IMG/VR virus record: IMGVR_UViG_3300020573_000227
Location: 1 to 64,000 of that record
DNA: 64,000 bases
Direction: 5' to 3' (one strand)
Origin: a virus
Of this stretch, positions 30,737-39,731 are shown in pieces (position 1 is the stretch's first letter; each line of letters opens with the position of its first letter). The position numbers and the translations under genes were made by a program. The notes beneath the pieces are model-generated. The model ran no database searches, was not told the DNA's origin, and was given only the letters and a program-made list of their open reading frames with translations.

Positions 30737-32550
30737 TTTTGTTCGTTTAATATGTCGTTTAATTTAGTTTCTATCTCATAAATATTCTGTTGTGCCTTAT
30801 TAATATCAAATAATTGAGATATATCATCTCCCTCACCCAACATACCTAATATTTTTGATTTTTTAGACTCACTTAATGGTCCTTCTCCTCCCGGTGGTTC
30901 AGCTGCCGGAGGTGCTCCTCCTCCCATATCCATTCCACCACCACCATCTGGTGATTCACCACCACCTGCCGCTTCAACTTTTGCTCTTTCTTCTTCAGGT
31001 ATACCGTATTTCTTATCCACCACATCAAAGACACCAGAACGCTTAATGATATTTTGTGTATTTGTTAACTCAAATCCCATCGCCCTTTCAAGTCTTTGTT
31101 GTTGTAAGTCTAAAACAACTTCAGACTCACTCATACCCAAGATATTCTTTTTAGCCCATGTATGTGACACAGGTAATATACCAACTTGTGATTGGTCAGA
31201 AGTTGCGTCTTTATATAAAGTGATTTTTTCTTTCCATTGTTCAATACGTAATAAATCAGATTGTGCCGATGGATTTGTTAATGATAAATTAAAATTATTT
31301 AATTCATCTTCCATTCCCGTTAGGTAAAGATGTATTAATGCGATTTTATTTAACTCTTGAATTAAAGATTTTTGAATTCTATTAATTGTACGAGCAAAAC
31401 GAATATCCATTAATGCTAAACTCTTACCCTCACCAACAACCTCCTCAAATCCTAAAAATGCTTTAGGTATACGTAACGCAGCCAATAATTTCTTTTGAAT
31501 ATATTCAATATCGGCAATCTCACCTAAATTTTGTGCTCCGGGTAATGTTTCAATTGGGTTTGTTTGTGATGGGTCACGAACAGGTATGAAATAATCTTGG
31601 TCAACCGCCATTTGATTATATCTCATATCTACTTGACCGTTACGTGGGTCAGAAATCTGATCTCTTTTAAATTTGTTCGCTACACGTTGTACGTAAGGTT
31701 CAATGTCCTTATCATCCATATTACCAACGAATACTTTGAATACACGTCTCTCAGGTGCTCTTGATGTTCTGTAAATTAACATCGCATCTTCAGCAAGTAA
31801 AAGTTGTTTCCAAATACGTCTAATCTTATCTAACATAGAAGTACCATAAGGTAACTTTCTATCATCACCTAATAATCTAAAGTGTGCTATTTCCCAAGCT
31901 TGGAATTCCATTTCTTTGGTTTTCCAATTAAATCTTAATTCTCTTGATGGTACTTTAGTGTCTCTAGTTTGAGTTGGTTGTTTTGATGCGGCACCTTCGA
32001 TTCTTTCAATCTCAATATTTGGAAGTTGTTGACAACCAACAATTCCTTTCTCGGGGTCTATTTTTAAATAAACAAAATCATCACCATACTTACAAAGACC
32101 TCTTGTCCACATTTGTAAGTTTGTATTGATGTCTAACTTGTCATAAAATAATTCTTCCAATATTCCTTTGATTCTTTCGGAATCAGAATATATTGTTAAT
32201 ATTTGACCCTTCTCAGACATTGTTGTAGATTCTTCAGAATAGATATCTAAAGCGGCGGAAATTTCAGGTGTGAACTCCATAGATTCATAGTCATAATACG
32301 CTGATATTCTATTTGGTTCATAATATACCGATTGATTATATAGAGATTGGTCAAGTTTTGTCCACTTATCCGCAATGTAAGAACTTTGTTGTGCTTGCAA
32401 CATTGCCTTTTCATATTCTTCTCTACTATCTGTTTTTAATAATTCGTCTTTACTGAAATTAAATGACGGAGTCTTGTCAACTTTCGTTTGACCCGGATAT
32501 CCGAACATCTTGGTTAATTTCTGAAAAACTGTTAGATTCTGATCTGCCAT
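30733..32550 (-). CDS. gp20: Portal protein (T4 gp20-like)
   Basis: PEISAALD; LLAEDAMLIYRTSRAPERRVF; DYFIPVR; IETLPGAQNLGEIADIEY; LRIP. Confidence 0.95.
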   Translation of the reverse strand: MADQNLTVFQKLTKMFGYPGQTKVDKTPSFNFSKDELLKTDSREEYEKAMLQAQQSSYIADKWTKLDQSLYNQSVYYEPNRISAYYDYESMEFTPEISAALDIYSEESTTMSEKGQILTIYSDSERIKGILEELFYDKLDINTNLQMWTRGLCKYGDDFVYLKIDPEKGIVGCQQLPNIEIERIEGAASKQPTQTRDTKVPSRELRFNWKTKEMEFQAWEIAHFRLLGDDRKLPYGTSMLDKIRRIWKQLLLAEDAMLIYRTSRAPERRVFKVFVGNMDDKDIEPYVQRVANKFKRDQISDPRNGQVDMRYNQMAVDQDYFIPVRDPSQTNPIETLPGAQNLGEIADIEYIQKKLLAALRIPKAFLGFEEVVGEGKSLALMDIRFARTINRIQKSLIQELNKIALIHLYLTGMEDELNNFNLSLTNPSAQSDLLRIEQWKEKITLYKDATSDQSQVGILPVSHTWAKKNILGMSESEVVLDLQQQRLERAMGFELTNTQNIIKRSGVFDVVDKKYGIPEEERAKVEAAGGGESPDGGGGMDMGGGAPPAAEPPGGEGPLSESKKSKILGMLGEGDDISQLFDINKAQQNIYEIETKLNDILNEQK

Positions 32551-32604
32551 GTTTATAAATAGTTTTCTTTAAGAATATATACTTTTTTATTTGGATTAAA
32601 AAGA

Positions 32605-34380
32605 CTATTTCGATTTACCAAATAACCAAGAATATTCTTTATACGCCTCTTTTGGAACACCAGATGGGTTATTTTGATAATAAATTTGATTATTATCCAT
32701 TCCCATAGACCCTATTTGGTCAAATGCTGTACCATAAGAATAAAACGACTTATTTGGTTCGTATGTTCTTTCGGACATAGTCCAAGAGTCCAACATAGCC
32801 TTATTTGCGTTTTCATTTTTTTCCAATTGATTGAAAGACATATCCGCGACATATAAAGCCATTGATAACCCCATAATCGCATCATCGTGAGTCCCCTTCA
32901 TGTGGTCGGGTCTACCGTTCAAATATACGAACGTATTAAGTTCATTTAATAATCTACTTGACCTTACCGCAAATCCCTTTCTTAACTGTTCTTCAAACGC
33001 AGCAACAATTTGTGTTCTTTTATTATTAAAACTAAGACCTGGTATTTTTTCCATAGCCTTTGAATTATACTCCCATATGTTTTTGGTATTAATACCATCA
33101 ATATATAAGTTCTTATAATTCATTTCTTGTAATTTTCTAGATGTGGCAACTCCCATACCTCCCGTTATATCAATAACAATAAACGCTTCGTATAGTATAC
33201 CCCATTTATAAGCCACCGATGCCAAATCGTCCGGTGGTATTTTACCAATATATTCGGCGACTTGTTCCCTCTCATCAAAATCAATAATACTAATCGCAGA
33301 AAAGTCCTCACTATCCCCTCTACTTACATCGACACCCATAATATAACGATGACCTTGAATTGGTTCTTTCCATTGCCAAAACGTACCTTGCATGTATTTC
33401 TCTTTAGGTACACGAATCATATTTTTAGCAATATTCTCTTGGACGTCTCCGGGAATAACCCCATCACCCGAACCTAAAAAGTCACATTCTAATTCCTGAG
33501 CAATCTTACGTCTATCATATTTAAATTTCTTAGACATTGATTCAAACCAAGATGAAAACGGTTTGTATCCTCCCTCTTCCAATTCTTGATATTTTTCCAT
33601 ATCAAAATCGTACAACACAACTTCATTGTCGTCATATTGTTCTCTATTTAACATGTAGTGACAGATATCCTGACACTTAACCCAACGTAAGTCTTTAGTA
33701 TAACGAGGGTCTTTAAACCACCTTAAATCGGTAATATGAAAATCATTCACTCCACGAATTGCTTGGTCGTAAACACCGTAATAGATAGGGTCATATCCAT
33801 TTGGAGTTGATACAAGGATAATCTTACCTCCCGTTGATAGGGACGCCATAGATGCTGCCCAAAAATCGTCACCAGCTTCAATATATGCTGCCTCATCAAA
33901 TACAAGTATGGTAGGTGTATAACCACGTAAGGCATCGGCAGATGTTGCCACCGCTTTAACTTCACATCCATTATTTAATTTGAATCGACTTTCAGAGTTT
34001 TTATCTACTGAGAACCCAACATTAATCCAATCTGGCCATTGTTCTAAGAAGTGACGAACTTTATTCGCCATTTCCACCGCAGTATCTTTCTTATTAGCGA
34101 TTAATAAAACTCTTTCGGGTTCTGTTGCCTTTGCTGTTTGTAGTTTGTGAGAAATCCACGCCGCAGTTACGGTGGTTACCCCCGCCTGTCTATATTTTCT
34201 TGTGATATTCTCATTATATGTTTCATAGTCATTTATTAACTGAATTTGGTCAGGAAATAACTCTAACGGAACGTATTTTTTTTGAGTGTTGTCATATGTT
34301 TGAAGATAGGTCCTTAACGCATAAGGAACGTCTTTCATTATCTTCGCATATTCTTTTAACTGTTCTAATTTAGAATTCAT
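32605..34380 (-). CDS. gp17: Terminase large subunit (T4 gp17-like)
   Basis: Likely start ATG 34380 (MNSKLEQL); KYRQAGVTT, LVFDEAA, STPNG, GVDVSRG, HDDAIM. Confidence 0.93.
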   Translation of the reverse strand: MNSKLEQLKEYAKIMKDVPYALRTYLQTYDNTQKKYVPLELFPDQIQLINDYETYNENITRKYRQAGVTTVTAAWISHKLQTAKATEPERVLLIANKKDTAVEMANKVRHFLEQWPDWINVGFSVDKNSESRFKLNNGCEVKAVATSADALRGYTPTILVFDEAAYIEAGDDFWAASMASLSTGGKIILVSTPNGYDPIYYGVYDQAIRGVNDFHITDLRWFKDPRYTKDLRWVKCQDICHYMLNREQYDDNEVVLYDFDMEKYQELEEGGYKPFSSWFESMSKKFKYDRRKIAQELECDFLGSGDGVIPGDVQENIAKNMIRVPKEKYMQGTFWQWKEPIQGHRYIMGVDVSRGDSEDFSAISIIDFDEREQVAEYIGKIPPDDLASVAYKWGILYEAFIVIDITGGMGVATSRKLQEMNYKNLYIDGINTKNIWEYNSKAMEKIPGLSFNNKRTQIVAAFEEQLRKGFAVRSSRLLNELNTFVYLNGRPDHMKGTHDDAIMGLSMALYVADMSFNQLEKNENANKAMLDSWTMSERTYEPNKSFYSYGTAFDQIGSMGMDNNQIYYQNNPSGVPKEAYKEYSWLFGKSK

Positions 34381-34429
34381 ATATGTATAAATACAAAAAA
34401 GGAGGTTAAAAACCTCCTTTGTATTATTC

Positions 34430-35758
34430 TTAGTCAGGTCTACGTATACCCATACCACCTAAAAAATCGTCAAAATCATCATCATCAGTTTCATCACTGA
34501 TATTGTTTAACTTATCATCGAACTGATTCATTGTTTCTGTGTAATCGTAATCCTGTAATTCTTGTTCAATTGCTCTATATAATAAACCCATTAAATTTTT
34601 ACCATTTTCTGAACCTGAAATAATTTCCTTCATTAATATTAAAAACTCCCTTGCTGGTTTTTGAATAATGTGTGAAAATAATAACAATTGAATTTTATAT
34701 TTTTCTTCATCTACTAAAACTTCCTCAGGAAACTGTCTTCTAACTCTTTCCCAAATCGCTGGACCTAATCTCAAGTCCCACATTTCCTTTTCTAATGTAT
34801 CTTCACTATCTTCAATATCGGTAAAATCTTCTTCATTACCTTCTTCGTCTTTTGGTCTACCTTGAATTGCCAATAACTCCATAACCCCTTTAATTAATTC
34901 ATGAACTAATATTGGAAAGTTAACACCTCTGGCAACGATTGTCGGTGGGTCAGTTTGTCTATCTATACTTTCCTTCCCTCCGATTTGAGCTTCTCCTCCT
35001 CCGCCACCCATCATCATTTGCATGGTTTCATCACTTAACTGCCAATATAATGAATCGTTAATTGACATTAATATACCATATTGATTTACTAAGTTTTCAG
35101 AACCTGTAATTTGTCTAATTTTTTCAGCAACATAATGATACATGTAGTGACCCTTTTTAGATGCTCCCTGTACCATTGCGTTTATTAAACGTCTCTTTGC
35201 CTTTTCTAAACTTAACGTTTCTAATTCATTGAACAAATCTTGTTCTACGTTTACTTCTTGTTGAGATTCTTCTTCTCCTCCTTGTTCTGATTCTTTATTA
35301 AAATCATCAGTACTTATTTCACCAACACCAACGATTTTAGCATCAAACTGAACATCACCCTCTTCTAATCCCATTTCTTTCATCACCAATTCAATTGCCA
35401 ACGATTCTAATTGTTCTCTATATTGACTTTCAGTTCTAACGATTTGATTGTGAGCGTTCATCATTGTCTGTGCCAATGGCATAACCCCTTCACTACCTCT
35501 TAATGTTGTGTTATCACCTGTATATTGTCTAACTCTTTGAACGACATCTTTGTATCTCTCAGACGCCAATAATTCCTGAAAATTTTTATTAGGTTCTTCT
35601 CCCGTGTTAGGTAATGGAACTTTTTTCAATGGCGTATCTCCTTGAGCCAACTTATCTTGTAATCCTTGGTCAGGTCTGTCCTGTGTATCAAAATCCATCG
35701 CCATCTCTTTCAAATTTTCTTTGATTAAAGATAACAATTTTTTCTTTGTAAATGACAT
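34430..35758 (-). CDS. Hypothetical protein in the head module
   Basis: 442 aa; N-terminal LLSLIKENLKE. Confidence 0.6.
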   Translation of the reverse strand: MSFTKKKLLSLIKENLKEMAMDFDTQDRPDQGLQDKLAQGDTPLKKVPLPNTGEEPNKNFQELLASERYKDVVQRVRQYTGDNTTLRGSEGVMPLAQTMMNAHNQIVRTESQYREQLESLAIELVMKEMGLEEGDVQFDAKIVGVGEISTDDFNKESEQGGEEESQQEVNVEQDLFNELETLSLEKAKRRLINAMVQGASKKGHYMYHYVAEKIRQITGSENLVNQYGILMSINDSLYWQLSDETMQMMMGGGGGEAQIGGKESIDRQTDPPTIVARGVNFPILVHELIKGVMELLAIQGRPKDEEGNEEDFTDIEDSEDTLEKEMWDLRLGPAIWERVRRQFPEEVLVDEEKYKIQLLLFSHIIQKPAREFLILMKEIISGSENGKNLMGLLYRAIEQELQDYDYTETMNQFDDKLNNISDETDDDDFDDFLGGMGIRRPD

Positions 35759-35759
35759 T

Positions 35760-36440
35760 TTATTTACTTTTTTTAGTTTCTTTTAAAGCTTTAGGTTTTG
35801 GATTTGGTCCAGGTCCTGGTCTAAATGGAGTTTTTCTTGGGTCTTTGTTTGGTGTTGGTTTTGTACCCGGTTCCTTTGTTGGTGCGGGTTTTGTTGTTGG
35901 AGCTGTTTTAGGTTCCGCAGCATCTACAATCGAATCGTAACTCATAAATTCAGGAACCCCATTATGTCCTTTTTTAACCTTAGGACCATGTTGTACCATT
36001 GTATCTGATTCGTTAAGTTTAACACTTATTAATTCCATAATTTCATTTTTAGATGTGAAACTATGATACTTATTTTCCACTAATTTCTCAACCCATTCTT
36101 TAACTTCAGAAGATTTTTTAACTTCCTTCTTCTGCCCTTTTAATATTTTAAAATCTTGACCATCAATTTTACCATTGTGGTTCTTATCTAATTTCTTTTG
36201 ATTACCTTTTAATTCTTCAGAAACTTCTTCATCCTCACCGACAACCCTAATGTTTTGTTTTGGGTCTTTAGCAGCAGCTTGTAATGCGGGACTTTTTGAA
36301 ATATCAGCCATTGTTGCCGTCAAACCTTCACCTAACATTCTTTCAGATAACTCTAAAAGTTGTTTATCAGTAAACCTAACTAATGTCTTTTCTGACATTC
36401 CTTCCTTGATTAATTTCTCTACTAATGTTGACCTTTTCAT
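35760..36440 (-). CDS. Probable head-internal protein with an EF-hand-like loop
   Basis: LKGNQKKLDKNHNGKIDGQDFKIL; Pro/Lys-rich C-terminus. Confidence 0.55.
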   Translation of the reverse strand: MKRSTLVEKLIKEGMSEKTLVRFTDKQLLELSERMLGEGLTATMADISKSPALQAAAKDPKQNIRVVGEDEEVSEELKGNQKKLDKNHNGKIDGQDFKILKGQKKEVKKSSEVKEWVEKLVENKYHSFTSKNEIMELISVKLNESDTMVQHGPKVKKGHNGVPEFMSYDSIVDAAEPKTAPTTKPAPTKEPGTKPTPNKDPRKTPFRPGPGPNPKPKALKETKKSK

Positions 36441-36838
36441 ACGTTTTTGAATTTTATTTCTTCTTTTAAAAGAATGTAACTTCTTTGTTTTAATTTTTTT
36501 GTAACATTTTCCATCGACTCCCCAAATTTAAAGGTCAGTCTATTAACTTCCACTTCAATATCAAACTTTTCCCACGCTAACGCAATCACACCATCCACAG
36601 CATCAATAACTCCGAAATAATCGGAGTTTTGAATTAATTCTAAATCTAAATCAGTGTTCTTTAAAAGACCCACCAATTTGACATATTCAATATCAGGAGA
36701 TTTTGTTTTTGCGGTTGCAGATGCGGGTATTACGAACCACTCATCTATGTCAATTTCAGATGAATCACTAAAAATAAATTCATATTGTTTCTGACCTTTA
36801 TAATCGGAACCAATTTCATTGACATAAATTAGATTCAT
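36437..36838 (-). CDS. Hypothetical protein
   Basis: 133 aa ORF. Confidence 0.55.
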   Translation of the reverse strand: MNLIYVNEIGSDYKGQKQYEFIFSDSSEIDIDEWFVIPASATAKTKSPDIEYVKLVGLLKNTDLDLELIQNSDYFGVIDAVDGVIALAWEKFDIEVEVNRLTFKFGESMENVTKKLKQRSYILLKEEIKFKNV

Positions 36839-36839
36839 T

Positions 36840-37838
36840 TTAGCTAAAATATTTACTTAATCTTTCACCAATTGCTTGATTTATATCGTTTTTTATTTCA
36901 TCTAAATCTAATTCCTTTAATTCATCTTCCTCTTTTATCTTACCTAAGTCTGAATAGTTTGATAAATTAATTTCTTCTGCTTCAATAGGTGTGTTAATAA
37001 AAGATTCTAAAGCGTCCATTGAGTCATATTCATTAACTTCCGCCTCAGGTTCTGGTTCTACTGCCGGTTCTTCAGAAGGAACTTCATCTTCCACAGATGG
37101 TTCTTCGGAACCCATTTCTTCCTCATCTCTTTCGAATTTCTTTCCTATTTCTTCAATATCGTCATCATCTAAATTATCTAATTTCACCGCAGAAATAACC
37201 ATATTTAAAATGTACTTAATATCATCACTTTCCATTTTATCCTGTAAATCTCTTAGTTCTTGACCTAATTTACCGGCAAATTTCTGAGCTTCCGCCATGT
37301 ATGATGAACGTTTTCCTGCCTCATCATCTGCTGCAAAATCTTCACCACCCATATCATCTACAGGTGCAGCAACCTCATCCGAAGGTGCCGTTGCGTCTCC
37401 CGTTGGTGCGGCCATATCTCCCGAAGCGTCCGCTTCAGGTGCTGGTGGTAAATCCATAGACGGCTCCGGCATTGGTGCCTCTTCCTGAGGTTTGTTTTGT
37501 TTTAAGACATATTTTGTAGCCTCTTGTAATTCCTCTTGACCTTTAATAAAATCAAGTCTTTTGTATGCGTCCGCATATGAAGAAAATCTATTTTTATTCT
37601 TCATGAACATACCACCGATATAATCAAGTGATGATTCATTTAAACCTCTTTTTACATAGTATCCGTCTTTTTCTTTAACGATACCATATACACCACCGGT
37701 TTTAGATTCCTTCACTAATTCTGGTTTTACAGAAGAAGACTTTTTATTTTTGTCGTTGAAGTAGGTTAACTCAAGGATTCTCTTTAATTTGTCGTCTCCG
37801 TTAAGTTTTTCACTACCAAGGGGTTTTAAATCTGCCAT
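36840..37838 (-). CDS. Acidic hypothetical protein, possibly a prohead core component
   Basis: 332 aa, acidic low-complexity linkers, many xxE sites. Confidence 0.55.
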   Translation of the reverse strand: MADLKPLGSEKLNGDDKLKRILELTYFNDKNKKSSSVKPELVKESKTGGVYGIVKEKDGYYVKRGLNESSLDYIGGMFMKNKNRFSSYADAYKRLDFIKGQEELQEATKYVLKQNKPQEEAPMPEPSMDLPPAPEADASGDMAAPTGDATAPSDEVAAPVDDMGGEDFAADDEAGKRSSYMAEAQKFAGKLGQELRDLQDKMESDDIKYILNMVISAVKLDNLDDDDIEEIGKKFERDEEEMGSEEPSVEDEVPSEEPAVEPEPEAEVNEYDSMDALESFINTPIEAEEINLSNYSDLGKIKEEDELKELDLDEIKNDINQAIGERLSKYFS

Positions 37839-37909
37839 TTTATAAATTGTTAAGATATACTTATTCTTATCCTATAAATACATAGATATATAGAAAAAAA
37901 TAGGTATAA

Positions 37910-38665
37910 TTATTGTGTTATGGACAATTTCTTATCTGTTATGTCCTTTTTTAATTTTATTAGTTTTTCGATATATCCGTTTCTTCGTAATAATTTAAAG
38001 GTTAGGTTCTCATATGAATACTCTCCACCACTATCTAAACCACTTTGTCTAAATTCCTTTATCTTTTTTCTCAATACCTCAATTTGTGATAAAACGTCTA
38101 TTTTATGTGATTTTTTAATTAAAGAGTCAATTTGTTTTGCGTAATGTTCTCCCTTTTGTAGAATCATTCTATCGTCAATATTAGGTGTTTCCTTTTTAGG
38201 TTCAACTAACCATTTGTTGTGTAAAATAGAATAAACACCAGAGGAAATATGTTCCTCATTAACATCTTGTACGTAAACCTCAACATCATAACCTTTTATT
38301 TTAATGTCATGTTTTTCATTCCAAATGTTTTTCTTAGCGTCAAAGAATTCTTTAACTAAGTCAATTGGATATTCGGTTTCTTCAAAATCAATTAAAACGT
38401 GTAAATCAACGTCGGAATATTGGGACCAATTAAAATTTGATAGTGATCCAGTAAGAACAATATCGTGAATAAAAAACTCAACCCCAAAAGATTCAATAAA
38501 ATCATTTGAAATTTCAATTAACCTTTTTCTAACATCATCACGCATAGTATACGTCTTACCCGATAACTCAAATATGTTATCAGATAACGTATCCTTTGAC
38601 GTAAACGACTTGATAATTTTCTTATCAAGTTCTTTATCCTCTATTAATTCTTCAAATAGACTCAT
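37910..38665 (-). CDS. Nucleotidyltransferase (pol-beta superfamily)
   Basis: IVLTGS...YSDVDLH...DVEVYV: GS and DxD motifs. Confidence 0.8.
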   Translation of the reverse strand: MSLFEELIEDKELDKKIIKSFTSKDTLSDNIFELSGKTYTMRDDVRKRLIEISNDFIESFGVEFFIHDIVLTGSLSNFNWSQYSDVDLHVLIDFEETEYPIDLVKEFFDAKKNIWNEKHDIKIKGYDVEVYVQDVNEEHISSGVYSILHNKWLVEPKKETPNIDDRMILQKGEHYAKQIDSLIKKSHKIDVLSQIEVLRKKIKEFRQSGLDSGGEYSYENLTFKLLRRNGYIEKLIKLKKDITDKKLSITQ

Positions 38666-38907
38666 GATAATTTAGTGTACTTATGACTTCTACCGATATT
38701 TTCGTTGAAGTATTTTCCTTGGGATTCGGACATTCTAAATTTAGTGAACTTATTCCAAGGGACTTTATTATATACATAAATACTTCCATTGTTGAAAGTA
38801 ATGGTTAAGTCTTCGGTTTCTGTGTTATAAGATGCCGTTTTAAGGTTGGATGATTGAATTGTAACCTCAATCGTGGTTCCGTCGATTTTTTCTGATATGA
38901 TACCCAT
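38662..38907 (-). CDS. KTSC-domain protein
   Basis: SSNLKTASYN...LTITFNNGSIYVYNKVP...SQGKYFNENI. Confidence 0.9.
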   Translation of the reverse strand: MGIISEKIDGTTIEVTIQSSNLKTASYNTETEDLTITFNNGSIYVYNKVPWNKFTKFRMSESQGKYFNENIGRSHKYTKLS

Positions 38908-38979
38908 AATGATAAATATTTTATGATATAATATAAGAAAAATAACCCAAATAAAAAACCCCGATAAATCGGGGTTATA

Positions 38980-39153
38980 TTAAAACTTCTTTTTTAATTG
39001 ACTCAATAACTTGTCATTAAGGTATTCTTTTCTTGTTGTACCCTTAATTTCAGGATCCTTAAATTTATTACGTAATGACTCACCATCGGTTCTTTGCTGT
39101 AATAGAATATTGGCATTCTCAATATGATTACGTTTCATTAAATTCTTATTCAT
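38980..39153 (-). CDS. 57-aa hypothetical protein (not in ORF track)
   Basis: MNKNLMKRNHIENANILLQQR...KKKF*; own TATTTAT upstream and terminator (38955-38976) downstream. Confidence 0.6.
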   Translation of the reverse strand: MNKNLMKRNHIENANILLQQRTDGESLRNKFKDPEIKGTTRKEYLNDKLLSQLKKKF

Positions 39154-39204
39154 GATATCTCTTTATTATAAATATAAAAAAACCCCGTAAAAACGGGGTC
39201 TAAT

Positions 39205-39573
39205 TTAATTAAGAGATATTAACCTCTCGATTGACTTTTTCTTATCAATCGGTAATGTTAATTCAAGAATTCCATTTTCAACCTTACCAACGATGTCTTT
39301 TTCTTTTACATCATCAGGAATGTTATAAGATTTTACAAAAGAGGTGGTGAAATCGTTTCTTTCATCTTTCTCCTCTCTTTCAAATGAAATTCTTAAAATT
39401 CCATCTTTAGTGGAAATTTTTAAATCTTCCTTGGTTAAACCAGGAACACTTATTGAAACCTTATATTCGGTTTCGTTTTTAGACACTTTAGTTTCTGGTG
39501 TCTTTAAGAATTTTGATGTGTCAAATGCACTTTCAAAACCTTGAAAAAATGGGTCTTTAAATAATGTAATCAT
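39205..39573 (-). CDS. Small heat-shock protein (Hsp20)
   Basis: VPGLTKEDLKI...FVKSYNIPDDV...ENGILELTLP. Confidence 0.92.
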   Translation of the reverse strand: MITLFKDPFFQGFESAFDTSKFLKTPETKVSKNETEYKVSISVPGLTKEDLKISTKDGILRISFEREEKDERNDFTTSFVKSYNIPDDVKEKDIVGKVENGILELTLPIDKKKSIERLISLN

Positions 39574-39614
39574 AGTATATAAGTTTTTTTACATTTATTT
39601 ACAAATTATTTACC

Positions 39615-39670
39615 AAATGTCTAAAACTGACATTTAGACATTCTTTAGACATTTTTTTAGACATTTTGTC
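39615..39670. promoter_or_regulatory. Operator-like array between divergent hsp20 and clpC
   Basis: TTAGACATT at 39634, 39645 and 39657; inverted copy AATGTCTAA at 39616; GACATTTTGTC dyad. Confidence 0.6.
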
Positions 39671-39675
39671 TTTTG

Positions 39676-39707
39676 TTTGTTTTTTAGAATGAAATATGTT
39701 ATGTTTG
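39676..39707 (+). promoter_or_regulatory. Bacteroidota primary-sigma promoter for clpC
   Basis: TTTG (39676) - 20 nt - TATGTTTG (39700). Confidence 0.65.
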
Positions 39708-39731
39708 TATTGTAAACTAAACTTATAAAAT

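Noticed and set aside
34170-34200. Terminase Walker A without the usual Lys (KYRQAGVTT) as a sign of inactivation
   Set aside because: Deviant Walker A with an upstream Lys is known in terminases; other motifs are intact
39615-39670. Short direct repeats as a CRISPR array
   Set aside because: 9-bp units with 2-3 bp gaps; no spacers or cas genes; no CRISPR array seen in the window
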